A DNA stretch of 63,888 nt, taken from the NCBI RefSeq assembly GCF_001186125.1, contig NW_014040237.1, positions 1 through 63,888 of the forward strand, in the 5' to 3' direction. The stretch comes from Sphaeroforma arctica JP610. Lineage: Eukaryota. A program made the position numbers and the translations under genes. The notes beneath the pieces are model-generated. The model was given only the letters and a program-made list of their open reading frames with translations, was not told where the DNA came from and made no database searches. Shown one piece after another: positions 34,001-46,600 of this stretch (position 1 is its first letter; each line of letters starts with the position of its first letter).

Positions 34001-37000
34001 CAATATACGATATTGTCCATACCCACAGAGCGTGAAGAATTCTCTCCAGTATAATTGGGCCATTAGCGATGTCGGTGATTTGGTGTGCGCATGTCCGTTC
34101 TCCTTTCTATTTTTTTCGTAGCAATCGAGAATGGCGTAATAGAAGAGCCGCGGCGATATGCTCCCATTTGCCAAGTAAGGACTAGAGGTGGACATTTATG
34201 ATCAAGCAATCGATAAAAGAAAAGGTGAGAAAAATTGTACAAGTTAATACCTCTTTCAAATTGCGAGATAACATCGGTCTCGAACCCGATAGCAGGAAGC
34301 TGGTAACGCTCACGCCGCACAGAAATGCACTAGACCCCTCCAAAATGTCGCTAACAACCTCAAACCCAAACCATAACCCAAACCATAACCCAAACCCAAA
34401 CCCAAACCCAAACCCAACCCCGCGTCCACAGTCATACCCATACCCACAATTAGATGCAACAGATCTTAGTGACTATAGTACACCAACCTAAGAATAGTCG
34501 TCGATGGAGGATCAAAAGCCGTTGGCGCTGTATCCGGCTTGGCAAACGTCGCTACCCATGTGTGTCGATTATTCACTTTAATACTAAGTCTTTTCAAGGC
34601 TTCCGTTTCGCCACCTTTGACGATTGGTGTGCCGGCATTGTTTTCCTTCTCATCGGCCTCGTCTATTGTACATTGGTCACCTTGAATATCCAAGAAAACT
34701 TTGGATTGGTCGCACAGTTCTACACCCAGTCACAAATTAGCAGCACACATTAGATCAGACTTCACGAGCGAAGATCCAATTTAATAAGCCTCGATGACCC
34801 CGATAGTCTGAGGCACTACGCGCATCACAGGCAGTATGAAAGCGTATTGAAAGATGCATTGGATGAACAATTGGAGTATATCAGGCTTACCGTTTACCCC
34901 AAGCGAGGAGTACAGGGCTACAAAGTCCTTCACATTTTCTACAACCGGGACGGAGTACATGTCGCCTTCCGCCTTGTCTGTTTCCGGCACATCTCTGGGC
35001 AGCATCAGCTGCATTGCCTCTGCTGTGGGTGCGTTGATGGGTCGAGCGGGCGGATCAGCTTTTTTCTCGGCCAATGTGGTGAATGATTGCATGGTCAACG
35101 GCGGCTTGCCATTGTTGATCTTCAATAGATACTTGGGATCCCATATAGTATGTCCGGGTGTGCTGTAGGTGAAATACGTACGACGTTTGCGTCAGAAGCG
35201 ACAATGCGCATATTCCTCATGCAACGCGGAGATAGGGCAGTTGAGTACATCAACAGAGAAATCCGAACGAAGAAGAAGCAAGGATGGTTCTTCCATTAAG
35301 TGCAGCTGTCAATCAGTTTGACAGAAAACACCGTTTTTCAACTCTCCGCTATGCTAGCGACGCACGTCAATGTCATATTTTTATCAGATTGTGGATAGAT
35401 ATGCCAACGGGTTCTAAGAGTCCTCATGAAAACAGACACTAATTCAAATCTCCAGTTTGAACAAAGGTTGTGGCTACACATACCAGTAAACCAAGCAGGC
35501 GCTGTTAGATTCTTTCAGTACGGCTTTGATCGCTTCGTCTCTCTCTACATTATGTGGTTCGGGCTCATCTTCGTAAACCAGTCGATCGACATCCCATGCC
35601 TTGTAGATGATCAAAGGAGAATGAATGCGTATGTGTGACCTGATTCTCTCGTGCAATACACCAACTTCGAGGGTGAGGGAAGAGGTAATCCAGGCGTTGT
35701 TCGGCACTCAGAAAAATCATGCACGCACGACTATTAATATACGTGCAAAAACGAGAAACATTTACTGAAACGTTTACTGATGACAAATTTGCATGAGGTG
35801 TATTTAGTCACGTCTCGCAAAGGTAGTGTGTCACGACGAGTTAAGAATAGAGTACGCTTGGCAATCAATACACCAACTGAGATTTTTTGAATCACCGGAT
35901 ACAGACACGGAGGCAGTATATAACATATAAGATAACTACAAGTATACTACATGTGTGCATACATTCTTACATACATACCTATATATATACATACATACAT
36001 ACAACATACATATATACATATATATATTTATATATATACATATACATATATATATATATATATACAGTAATATACAATACATACATAATTATGAAAACAT
36101 AAATAAAAATACAAATAATATATATATATTTATATATATATGTACATATATATATATATATTTATACATAAATATATATATATATATATATCCCAATACA
36201 TATATATGTGTGTGAGAGGGGGGGGGAGGTTGTTTGTGTGTGAGTGAGTGAGTGAGTGTGTTTGTATACATGTCTATAAACATGTATATTTAAGCAAATA
36301 TTGGGTGCTTATAAACGTATATATTGTAAATGTGCACATACATGTATTATAGCCTATATTATACATATATACATATAAACGTAATAGTAGTAATCAGATT
36401 TATCGCTGTCCAAATAGCAAGCCATAACGTACACAAGATGGCATACCTCGATCTGCTCAGGAATCACCACGGTAGGATCCCCTCTTAGAACTATCAGACG
36501 GCTATTGTGTTTAGTGCGTAGAGAATAATCCAGATCCAAAAGGCACTCAAGCAAAAATCGCAGACGATTCAAGCCCATTTGCTTTGGATTAACAAACTTG
36601 GGATCTAAGACGTATACCGGATATACCTACAGAGCGACAAGAAAAACCCAATGCATGACTTGCAGAGTTAGCGACACCCGATCGGAGTGTGTTTGAACAG
36701 TACTGTATTACTCATGTAGATACATGTTTTACACAAATCAGCATGTGTATTTACAAGAGAACATGCTACGTGCCAGGCTCATCAGTTGCAAAATCCCATT
36801 ATCGTGAAATCCAACGCGGATGCTAAACTCTACGACAGTGCATTCTACTAGTATAAGATTGGCGGCAACAAGCACCTATCCTCTTACGCTTGCAAACATC
36901 CTACACGACACATGACTAATAATATTGGATAAGAATGCCTAAAGATGAGCAGTAAAAATAAATAGCACCTAAGAGCAATAATAGTCCAAGAACATCAATT

Positions 37001-37216
37001 ATTCGCAAAGTACGACGGTATATTATATGATATCTGTATTTATTTATTTTTACATTTCGAATACCCTTACCAATGAACTCATGTATTGCATGTAAAATCG
37101 TGTATTGTACACGGAAACACGCATACCTTTTTCCCTCTTGACTCCACTGCCGCAATAAGCGCTTTATTATCGTGAAGCCTCAGACCTTTTCTAAACCAAA
37201 AAATAGCACCCGGCAT
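31095..37216 (-). CDS. (6-4) photolyase / animal-cryptochrome-clade flavoprotein
   Basis: 11 exons: 37216-37127, 36626-36447, 35599-35484, 35162-34891, 34680-34488, 34181-34023, 33411-33304, 33018-32888, 32397-32225, 31844-31687, 31389-31095. Motifs: [120 protein letters not shown]. Both catalytic His residues (HLARH) are present. Confidence 0.93.
34355..34447. repeat. (AACCCA)n telomere-like hexamer array in a photolyase intron
   Basis: AACCCAAACCATAACCCAAACCATAACCCAAACCCAAACCCAAACCC... with degenerate TACCCA copies. Confidence 0.85.
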
Positions 37217-38341
37217 TGTCTACACTTAATGTGTTGACGACAGATTTCGCTGTTATGGATTTGTTTGTAAGAATTTGTACGTATAATCGAAGAACAAACT
37301 GATTTGAAGTAGATGATGCGTGTAGCATACCAAAACTGTTCTGCTGCTAAGGTTTGCGTGTTTAGCTATATCTGACTTATGTTTTTAAAGTAAAGTCGAT
37401 TTGTAATCTATCGACTTGCTCGTTTTTAACTTGAACGCTACCCTTGCACCCCAGCCGACAAAAATCGGAGTTGACCAGTGTATACAACAGATATTGATAG
37501 CAGATTGCTTCTATGTTGCGGAGTTTGCTGTCAAGTATATTATGCTTGATACCGTACAACGAAACTAAATTTTTGTCGATATTTGAAGAGGAATACGCAA
37601 CAAGAGAAGAAATGACAGTATAATTAAAGACCTCCGATGAGAATAATGAGATATTTGCACAATGACGATCGTATTGATATACAGCTGGTATTGATGTCCA
37701 ATCGAATCCACAGGATTTTGAAAAAGAATAAAACCCTAAGCCCTAATAAAAAAAACAAGATATTTAGGGTTCTCTCACCTTATATCGACGTACATAGAAC
37801 GAATGGTCTGGCATTGCAAATAGTATTTACATGACAATAGGAGTGTATATACTTCACACTACAAGACAACGGCTAAAATGTACCTTCGTCTTCGATATAC
37901 AACTGTGGGCTGACTGTGATCATCTTATGTTGAACTACACTCGAAAGTGGAGAGCTTGTCGTTGAGATTTGGTCGACTTAATTCTTTATCGACGGTATTT
38001 ATGTATTGAAAGTTTCCCATTTTGTAATTAATGTATACTCGTCGAAAATCGGTGATGCCCCGAAGCAAATCGGTACTAATATTGTAAATCTAAATGAATA
38101 CACTATTTACCCTATTATACAAAAGCTATGGTATAAAGCATTTATAATATAGTGTGTTGCCTATTCAGGATGGAGAGTGTGCGATCAGTAATATCAGCCT
38201 AAACGTAGGTCTGCCTGCTTTAATCCAAAACTTTCCAAAGTACCACTAGCGAGCAACGATAGAGTGGTGACAGCGATGGTACACATGCCAAAGCAATCCT
38301 ACAGGATAATCTATTATCTTATGCGTAATCCAACTATCTAC

Positions 38342-38380
<39 letters not shown>

Positions 38381-38381
38381 G

Positions 38382-38427
<46 letters not shown>

Positions 38428-40695
38428 TATATACAAACATGCATGCATGCATGCATGCATACGTACGTACATATATACATACATACATACATACATACAT
38501 ACATACATACATACATACATACATACATACATAAATACATACATACATACTACATACATACATTGTGTGTTTGTCTATGAGGAAAATATCCCATCTATTC
38601 GATTTGAACCCATCATTGTGCAGTAACGTTGCGGTTGAACGTAAACACATACAAAACGTAATAAAGAAACTTTATCTCAGGCCTATATGTAACCTCATAT
38701 TGTTATTTAGAAGGTCACTGTACTGGTACAGTGTACAGTGTACAATCTGTTACTTTTTGAAACAAATATAAAAGTTATAACTTTTATTTGGGACAAAATA
38801 ATATATTCAACTTAAAACTGTACTTGAAAAAAATTTATTGATTTTTTTAAAACATAAGACTGCATTTGGCCCCCTATTCCTGGACCTGCGCAATGATTTT
38901 TCTATATCAAAAAACCAAAGTATTTCTACTAGTAGAGAGAGAGACTGAGAGAGAGATATATAGAATATACCACAAATCCTACAGAATATACCAGGGCATA
39001 GGACATAGGTCCATAGACCTAAGGGCTTCGGTGTGTGTGAAACTGAGAATAGATGACAGATATGACACCATTTGGGACGATGGCAGCGGCCAGCGAGTCC
39101 GCGACACTCGTAGTGCCTCGTTCCTCGGGACCTCTCACACAATCAACCCCCGTACAGGCTTGCCCAGCAAGTAGTCATGCACCTTGGGACTCTGGGAGTG
39201 GCCAGGGCTCTCAGTAAATACGTGCGGGATGCGGATTGCATAATTGTAGATTAAAAATATACACATTCCCCAGGTTTTCTGGGGGGTTTTTTAAAACCAA
39301 ATTAGACAATGTGTGTATTTCTATCCCGGGACTGAATGCGTATAAAAAGCCTCTTTTTATTTATTTTTTAAACGCTTTTGGCCTATTTGTCGACCTCCTG
39401 GGCCCCTTGTGAAGCCCCATATCGCTTTCAGTATTTAGTTAAATATTCACCCACTACTTCCCAGCCGTGATTTATCTCCACAAAACTAAAAATAAAACAG
39501 AGTAAATATTTACAAAAAATGATAAAAATAAGCCGCCAGGGCTCAGTGGCACAGTCGCTCAGCCGCTCATGTGTCTGGTGCGGGCGACAACCGTCAGTCC
39601 GTCTTAAGTGTCACTTGACATTTGACAGTTGACACATGCCAGCAGCCTACACTCTACAGTTCGCTGTTTTGTTTTTTGCTCTTTTGTTTGTTTGTTTTTT
39701 TTTCAAAATAATAAACAAATGAGAAGAAAATTGTTTTACAAATCAAAATAATACCAGGCCCCACTCATAGGGGCCAGGGCCCAGGGATCAGGGGCCGCCG
39801 ACTGCCGAGTTGCCGACCCGGGGCCAAGCCGCCAGGGCCTATTCCGCACCAGAGTCCCAGCCTATCAGTGCGTAATTGATTTTTTTGATTCTGAAAAGTT
39901 CAGAAGAAGTGAAAAAGATTGATCATCACTTTTTCATACAATAATTACTTTTATAATAAAACCATTTTAAAACCGGTTTTGGGACCACGAATCGAGATTT
40001 TATTCGTTCTGGGGCCAAAAGATATATATCAATTGATTACCGTGCAAGTACGTTTTTTTAATAGTTTATACCGTACTATTCCAAGGCTCACTCGAAATGC
40101 TCCCCGTAGCAATTGGCGGGAAGTACATATTATTACGTTCACTCACTGGACAGTTCTGAATTTGCTTGACCCCAAACCCCATCCCACAGCGGCATTCGGC
40201 CATCGCATCTAAAAATATTTTTCTGTCCACTTTACCAATAACAAAAAACTCGCGGGAGAAGAGATCAGCACTTCAGTAGTCTCACAGAAGAAAGTAAACA
40301 GCGAGGTTTCAGTTTTACGATTTAGTAATTTAGACCCGTTTGTGTCGTGTGTGTATACCTGTATGTACACGCTGTTTTTACAATTATCTTTATATTTCAA
40401 TCCCCAGGAATATACAGGCTAGGAAGAGACCGAAGGGCCTTGCTATATACTCAAATTACATTCGTGTGCCATTGCATACGTGTGTCGTTGTGTTCCCTAG
40501 TGAGGATTGGCTTGATATATTCAACCCGGAATTTATCTGAAATTCTTGGTAATAAGTATACGAGGTAGTATATGTATATGTATATGTATATAATTCCATA
40601 GTAAGGCGCTTTCTTAAACGCGCAATACCAAAGGAGGTTGGGTGTAACATATTAGATATAATCTGGTCTTTGTAGTGCGTTTACACTTTTGAAAG

Positions 40696-43600
40696 ATGGC
40701 AGCCATGGATCCTGCGTCCCTGTTGGACTTCACACAGGAGCTCAACGTGCAACTACTAGACTCGGTTGTGAATGCGATGAACAATCCGCTAACGCCACAA
40801 CAACAGGAGATTGCAAATCAGGTTGGTTATAGATGAGTCATTGGTTTGTATGCTTTGAATGTGTTTAGGTTGATGAAACATGATCGAGTTGTGTCCGTAA
40901 ACTAAGAATTAAGGAAAAATATACCCTACGAGTGTTTTTATTGTTATAATCCGGTCACACTGTATCTCAAGATTAAAAATATTATTAGCCTTTATTTTCA
41001 TCATTTGACTGTAGTTTACCGTATATCATATTCCTATGACCAAGCGCGAATGAGCAACATCCTGGCTGTATCGTATTGTAGAAGATAGCATTCCAGGTTT
41101 CGGCAAAATTAATTTGCAATAGTCGTTCACTGTGCACATTTAAAGATTTATAATCTAACCGGGACTCTTAATTTCAAGTAGTAATCTTCTACCTATATAT
41201 ACTTCAAGGTGACCTTATTATTATTGATGGCGTTGCTGTCTTATATGTGTGAATAATTATGTATGTATGTATATATTTATGTCAAAGTAAGAATATACAT
41301 TATGCTTTTGTACTTATTATTATTATGTATAGTATGTATGTATATATGCATGTATATATATGTGCTCATATACTTGTACCAAATTATGAAATACTCGCAT
41401 ATCTAATTTCATATATATATATATATAGGTGTGGGTACGTAGCTATTATTATTATGAAATAATTTGGCAAGGGATTTCAAATATATCTACTAATACGTGT
41501 ACATATAACCGCAACTATCATAAAATATGGGCTTACGAATATGTGCATTATAATGCAAAAATAAATCCCCCATTTTTTTTGTTTCCCTGTACATGAAAAG
41601 AATTGTCTATATATGTGTGTGTGTGTGTGTGTGTGTTTATGTATATATATATATATATATATGTATGTATAAATATATATATATATATAATATTTATGGC
41701 CCTGCCTTCCGTGCTTTATATTTTATATGTATGTATGTATATAGCATACGTTTTTTATTTCAGCGCGTGAGTTGACCTGTTCGTATCTATATACCATAGT
41801 ATACACTCGCATGATCATATATGTGAACATTTCTTATTTTAATTTGTTCATGTGATATTGCCACATCCATACTTATGTTCGAGTGCATATCTTCATGTTT
41901 ATATTTTTGTCTTTGTGTTCGTTACAACCACATTCGAATAACACAATGAATTTGTGGCTATCATATTCATATCTATATGTTTGTCATTTATGTTTATTAC
42001 ACACACATTCGAGCAACACACCGTATATGTGGCTATTCATGACCTGTAAAAGATGTTGTATGTTTCCTTGATTGCAGATTTTATATCTGATTGTACATAC
42101 ATACACATGTATACATTAGCAAGTAGAAAACTATATTTGACTTTCTTCTTTGAAAATGAAATGAAACCATGTATCGTCTCGATATATGCATGTATACTGT
42201 AGGCATGCACATTAATTGACATAGGCTGTTCGTTATCTGCGATTAGTATAGGATTATACATATTCATGATCTGTAAGAGATGTTGCATCTTACTTTGATT
42301 GCAGATATTATGGTGATATCTGATAAAACATACATCCACATATATAAATGCGCAAGTAGATAACTATATTTGACTTTATTTATTTAAAGTGAAATGAAAC
42401 CATATATCTTCTCGATATAGACATGTATATGTGGAATAAACATTTATATCCATATATGTATATGTACCCTGATTCATCTTGTACAACTGAAAAGGCCTAC
42501 TAGTTTATATGTATGGGTATGGGTACTTACATCTTCTCTATAGTCCGATATTCTGATAGCTTCATATTATCACATTTGTCTGTATGGTCGTATACATGAA
42601 TGTACGGGTATGGGTATCAATTCCTGGTTCACGTGGTAGATTGTTTGCGCGTATGATGTATAATCCCTTTGCATGCTTTAAATTCTGCTTCTAGTTTTAC
42701 ACTCAGGTGGTTCATGCGTGCTTATGCATATACAGTTGATTTCGTCCCCATTTACTAATATTCTCGGATTCTATCTATAGTTTGATGTTCTGGCGTTCTT
42801 ACACAGCCATGCGTGTATATGGCCTAGTACAAAATTTGTAAGTATTCGAATCGATAGTATATTGTGGCGGATGGGCGTTTGTTGACTTCTAACTGCTTTT
42901 GTGATTACATTTAGGTACTGACGCAACTCAAAGATACGCCAGATGCATGGACGAGGGTTGACAAGATCCTGGATCAGTCGCAGAACCCGAGCACGCGGTT
43001 CTATGCGCTCTCGATACTGGAATCAACCATTGCTACAAAATGGAATGTGCTTCCCACAGACCAACGAGAGGCTGTCAAGGAGTTTATAGTGAGTATGATC
43101 ATCCGCATGTCCTCAGAGCCACAGCAAGGGACAGATAGAGTGTTCATCCGGAAACTGAATATGATATTAGTAAGTGGTATCTGTATTTGGATTTGATATA
43201 AATTCAATAGGTATTGTTTGCCTGGTAATTTGTTAGTGCGAATAATTGTGCCACACAGGCGTGCGAGTATCTATTCGAATGGTAGAGTGCAAAGTGGAGA
43301 ACTTTTTACTTTTGTTGGAAGCGAACTGTCCATCTGTCAATTGATGTTGTATTACGCCTATTCCAAATAAGGGACGACCTACTAATGGTCTGCAATTAAC
43401 TATCGAACTCGTAGGTACAAATCGTCAAACAAGAATGGCCGCATGCATGGCCTTCATTCATTCCGGATATTGTAGGGAGTAGTAAGACATCTGAGTCGCT
43501 GTGCGAGAACAACATGGCTATCCTTAAGCTGCTGAGTGAAGAGGTGCGTAATATCAGCTGTACTTGTGTGAGAGTGGGCTATATCGTGTTTCTAGTAGTG

Positions 43601-46600
43601 TGTGCTATTTTGTAGGCTTTTTCGAGGCGGTTTCAGATGCCACCAAAATCAAAATGTATATCAACCGTTTCCTGGGATTTTTTAGTCAATTGTGTTGGAT
43701 TTCACGGTCCTATTCAGTTGTAGGGTTTTAGAAATGGCGCATCTCTACGGACGGATCTCTGGCATACCTTATTACCCATCACTCGAATGCCGCATATGCA
43801 GAGCAGAGCGACTTTGCGCACGAACCAGGAGAATTATTTCTCATGGCCAATATTTAGATCTCATACACTCCAATGGAGATGCAGCTGCTCGAAGACACTT
43901 TCGAGTACTCCCTTCCTTATAGGCTTCATCGACTCGTGGCCAATGTGTTAGTTTATTTTATTCTCCAATCATTGGTCGTTGATATTTATATGTATATATA
44001 TATATATATTGAGTGATTTAGTGATTTATATTGTTCGCCAATGATAGGTCTTTGAGTACTCTTCGGGCAAGATGACCGTGGCCAAGGCGCGTGCTCTGAA
44101 GGATTCGATGAACTCGCAGTTCTCGATGATTTTCGAGCTGTGCATGTTTGTGTTCGAGAACACGGATGGTGTCTCACTGATCAAGTCAACGTTGGAAACC
44201 CTGCTATGTTTTCTGTCGTGGATTCCCATCGGGTACATCTACGAAACTCAACTCATTGATATATTAACGATGAAGGTATGGGTGTGGCCGTGTTGTCTGT
44301 TTTCTCCCGGATGCGATGCGATGGTCTCGTGTGCGTATGCATATGCATATATTATTCAGTAGATAGCTGGATATATGCAGACGAGCTGTCTACAAACGTG
44401 TATAACCTTCTCATGCATACTACCTTCGTCTGTGCCAGTGAATCAAATTAAATGTTATCGTTTGGTGCTGGACTATGCGCAATTGCCAACCCAGAATTAA
44501 TAACTTGTGCGGTAAATTAAGTTTGCACTCATAATGTTAAATCGCCTATTGCAGTACCTTGGAGCCGAATCGTTCCGGAATCTAACCATCATGTGCTTAA
44601 CGGAAATCGCAAGCATCAAGACGTCCAGTTCGCCGGGCGAGGGCGGGTTCTCGGAACAGATTGTTAAGATGTTCACGCAAACCATGAAGCAGCTCACTAT
44701 CATTCTACCATCATCCATCAACATCAAGTATGAGATGCGTGTATGCACTTGTGGTGCTAGTGGTTGAAAACGTACTTGCCCGCCCATTGCCACGTGCGTA
44801 TAGCTGGCTGTATTGTTTAATATGGCTGATGTGTACGCAGTCCTTCCCGCTAGTTCGCTCTCAATTCACTCTCTGCAGCCCCTGTTTTTCTGTTGCCCTT
44901 GTTTTCTGCAATATACTGGTATCCAGTCTCGACTCCCTCGATGAGTCTCTTCTATGCGTTTACTTTCTGCTATATGTGGGGTTGTCAATCTATACTTTCT
45001 GAGTAAATGGTATGTGAACACAATGGATTGGGGGTCCACATCTCGGGTGTTTGTTCTCTCTTCAGATCATTCAAATTGGATTGTCCTGTCCGTCTTCGCT
45101 TTCTAGGGCGTTGTGTGAATTCACACATGGCTCACTAATCTTCCTTAGCGATGTGTGTACTCTATTGGTTGGTAGGACTTATCTTGAATATTATGGCCCG
45201 GTGCGTACACTCACTCGCACGCCATCCACCTCTTGCTCACAGGGAGGCTTACAATGACAGCAGCGACTTCCACCAGCAGTTCATCCGTGCACTGGCGCTG
45301 TTCTTAACATCGTATCTTAAAACGCACCGCAAGTTGCTGGAATCTAAGACCGATAATATTGAGGTCAGACAATTACTTTTGGATGCGCACTACTACTTAG
45401 TACTGATATCCGAGGTGGAGGATACCGAGATCTTCAAGGTATGACTGCCTAAAGATGAGCGATTCAGCTCTAAATAGCTTTTTACACGACCTGGTTAAAT
45501 TTTTATTTTTAGAACTGCTGTCTATATTTGGCAACACCAGTGCGTTCTCCATGATGTTGAGGGCTTGTTTCTCCACCGTCAATTGTCTAGCATTGATACA
45601 TTTGACTAAAACAATTATCATTGATGGGGTTGTCGATAACAGCTAACACTGCTACCTTTGACTACTAACTCTCCTACCCTCCTCTATGACAGATTTGCTT
45701 AGAATACTGGCACTCACTGACGGATGGTCTCTATAACGAAAGCCCATATACCGTCTCTACCATGTACTCCAACTCGTACTCGTCATTCAACACTCCACAA
45801 CCCACAGTGGTAAGTTGTTCGAACAAGTCAGGCTATTGTCGTTTTAGTGGCATGACGCACTACTCTATTTACGTGAGGGATGCATGTTATATGTATGTAC
45901 TTATATTACATATCGCCTTCCATGCTTAATCCCGGTAGTATGTAATATATATATATTCTATAAGTGTGATCTGTGGGTAGCCACGTACAGAAATTCTAGG
46001 TGCCCCGATTGTTTCCACGTGGAAAAGTGATAATGTGCATATCTAATTCTTCTTCACGCCATCTGTTCACAGTCACCGCGGCGTGAACTCTACAAAGACA
46101 TCCTAACGTTGGTGCGAAAGGTTATGATCACGCACATGGTGAAGCCCGAAGAAGTCCTCATTGTCGAGACCGACAGTGGAGAGATTGTCCGAGAGTTTAT
46201 GCCCACGCATACGGTATGTTGTCTCGATGTGCATTGCCAGATTCTGCCCGGCTAGTGCATTTTGCTCGGGAATTCAAGTAAATGTACATACTGCTATTGA
46301 TAGGTCAGCAAAATGTTTGTGTTATGTTCGGAGTGTAAGACTGTGTATTAGCCGCAGGGCTCGTTTGGAGAAATCCTCCTTATTCGTGGCACCTTCCTAC
46401 GTCCTGACTTTCTATCACCTGCCCTCTTCGATTCTCAATACAGGACACACTCAACCAATACAAAACAATGCGTCAAGTGCTAGTATTCTTGACGCATTTA
46501 GACTGCTCGGACACCAAGAGCATCATGATAGAGAAGCTGCACAGACAAGTCGACGGATCAGAGTGGTCGTGGAAGTCCGTCAACACATTATGTTGGGCGA

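Noticed and set aside
39540..39665. GC-rich stretch as a tRNA or snRNA gene
   Set aside because: No cloverleaf, A/B box or recognisable snRNA sequence.
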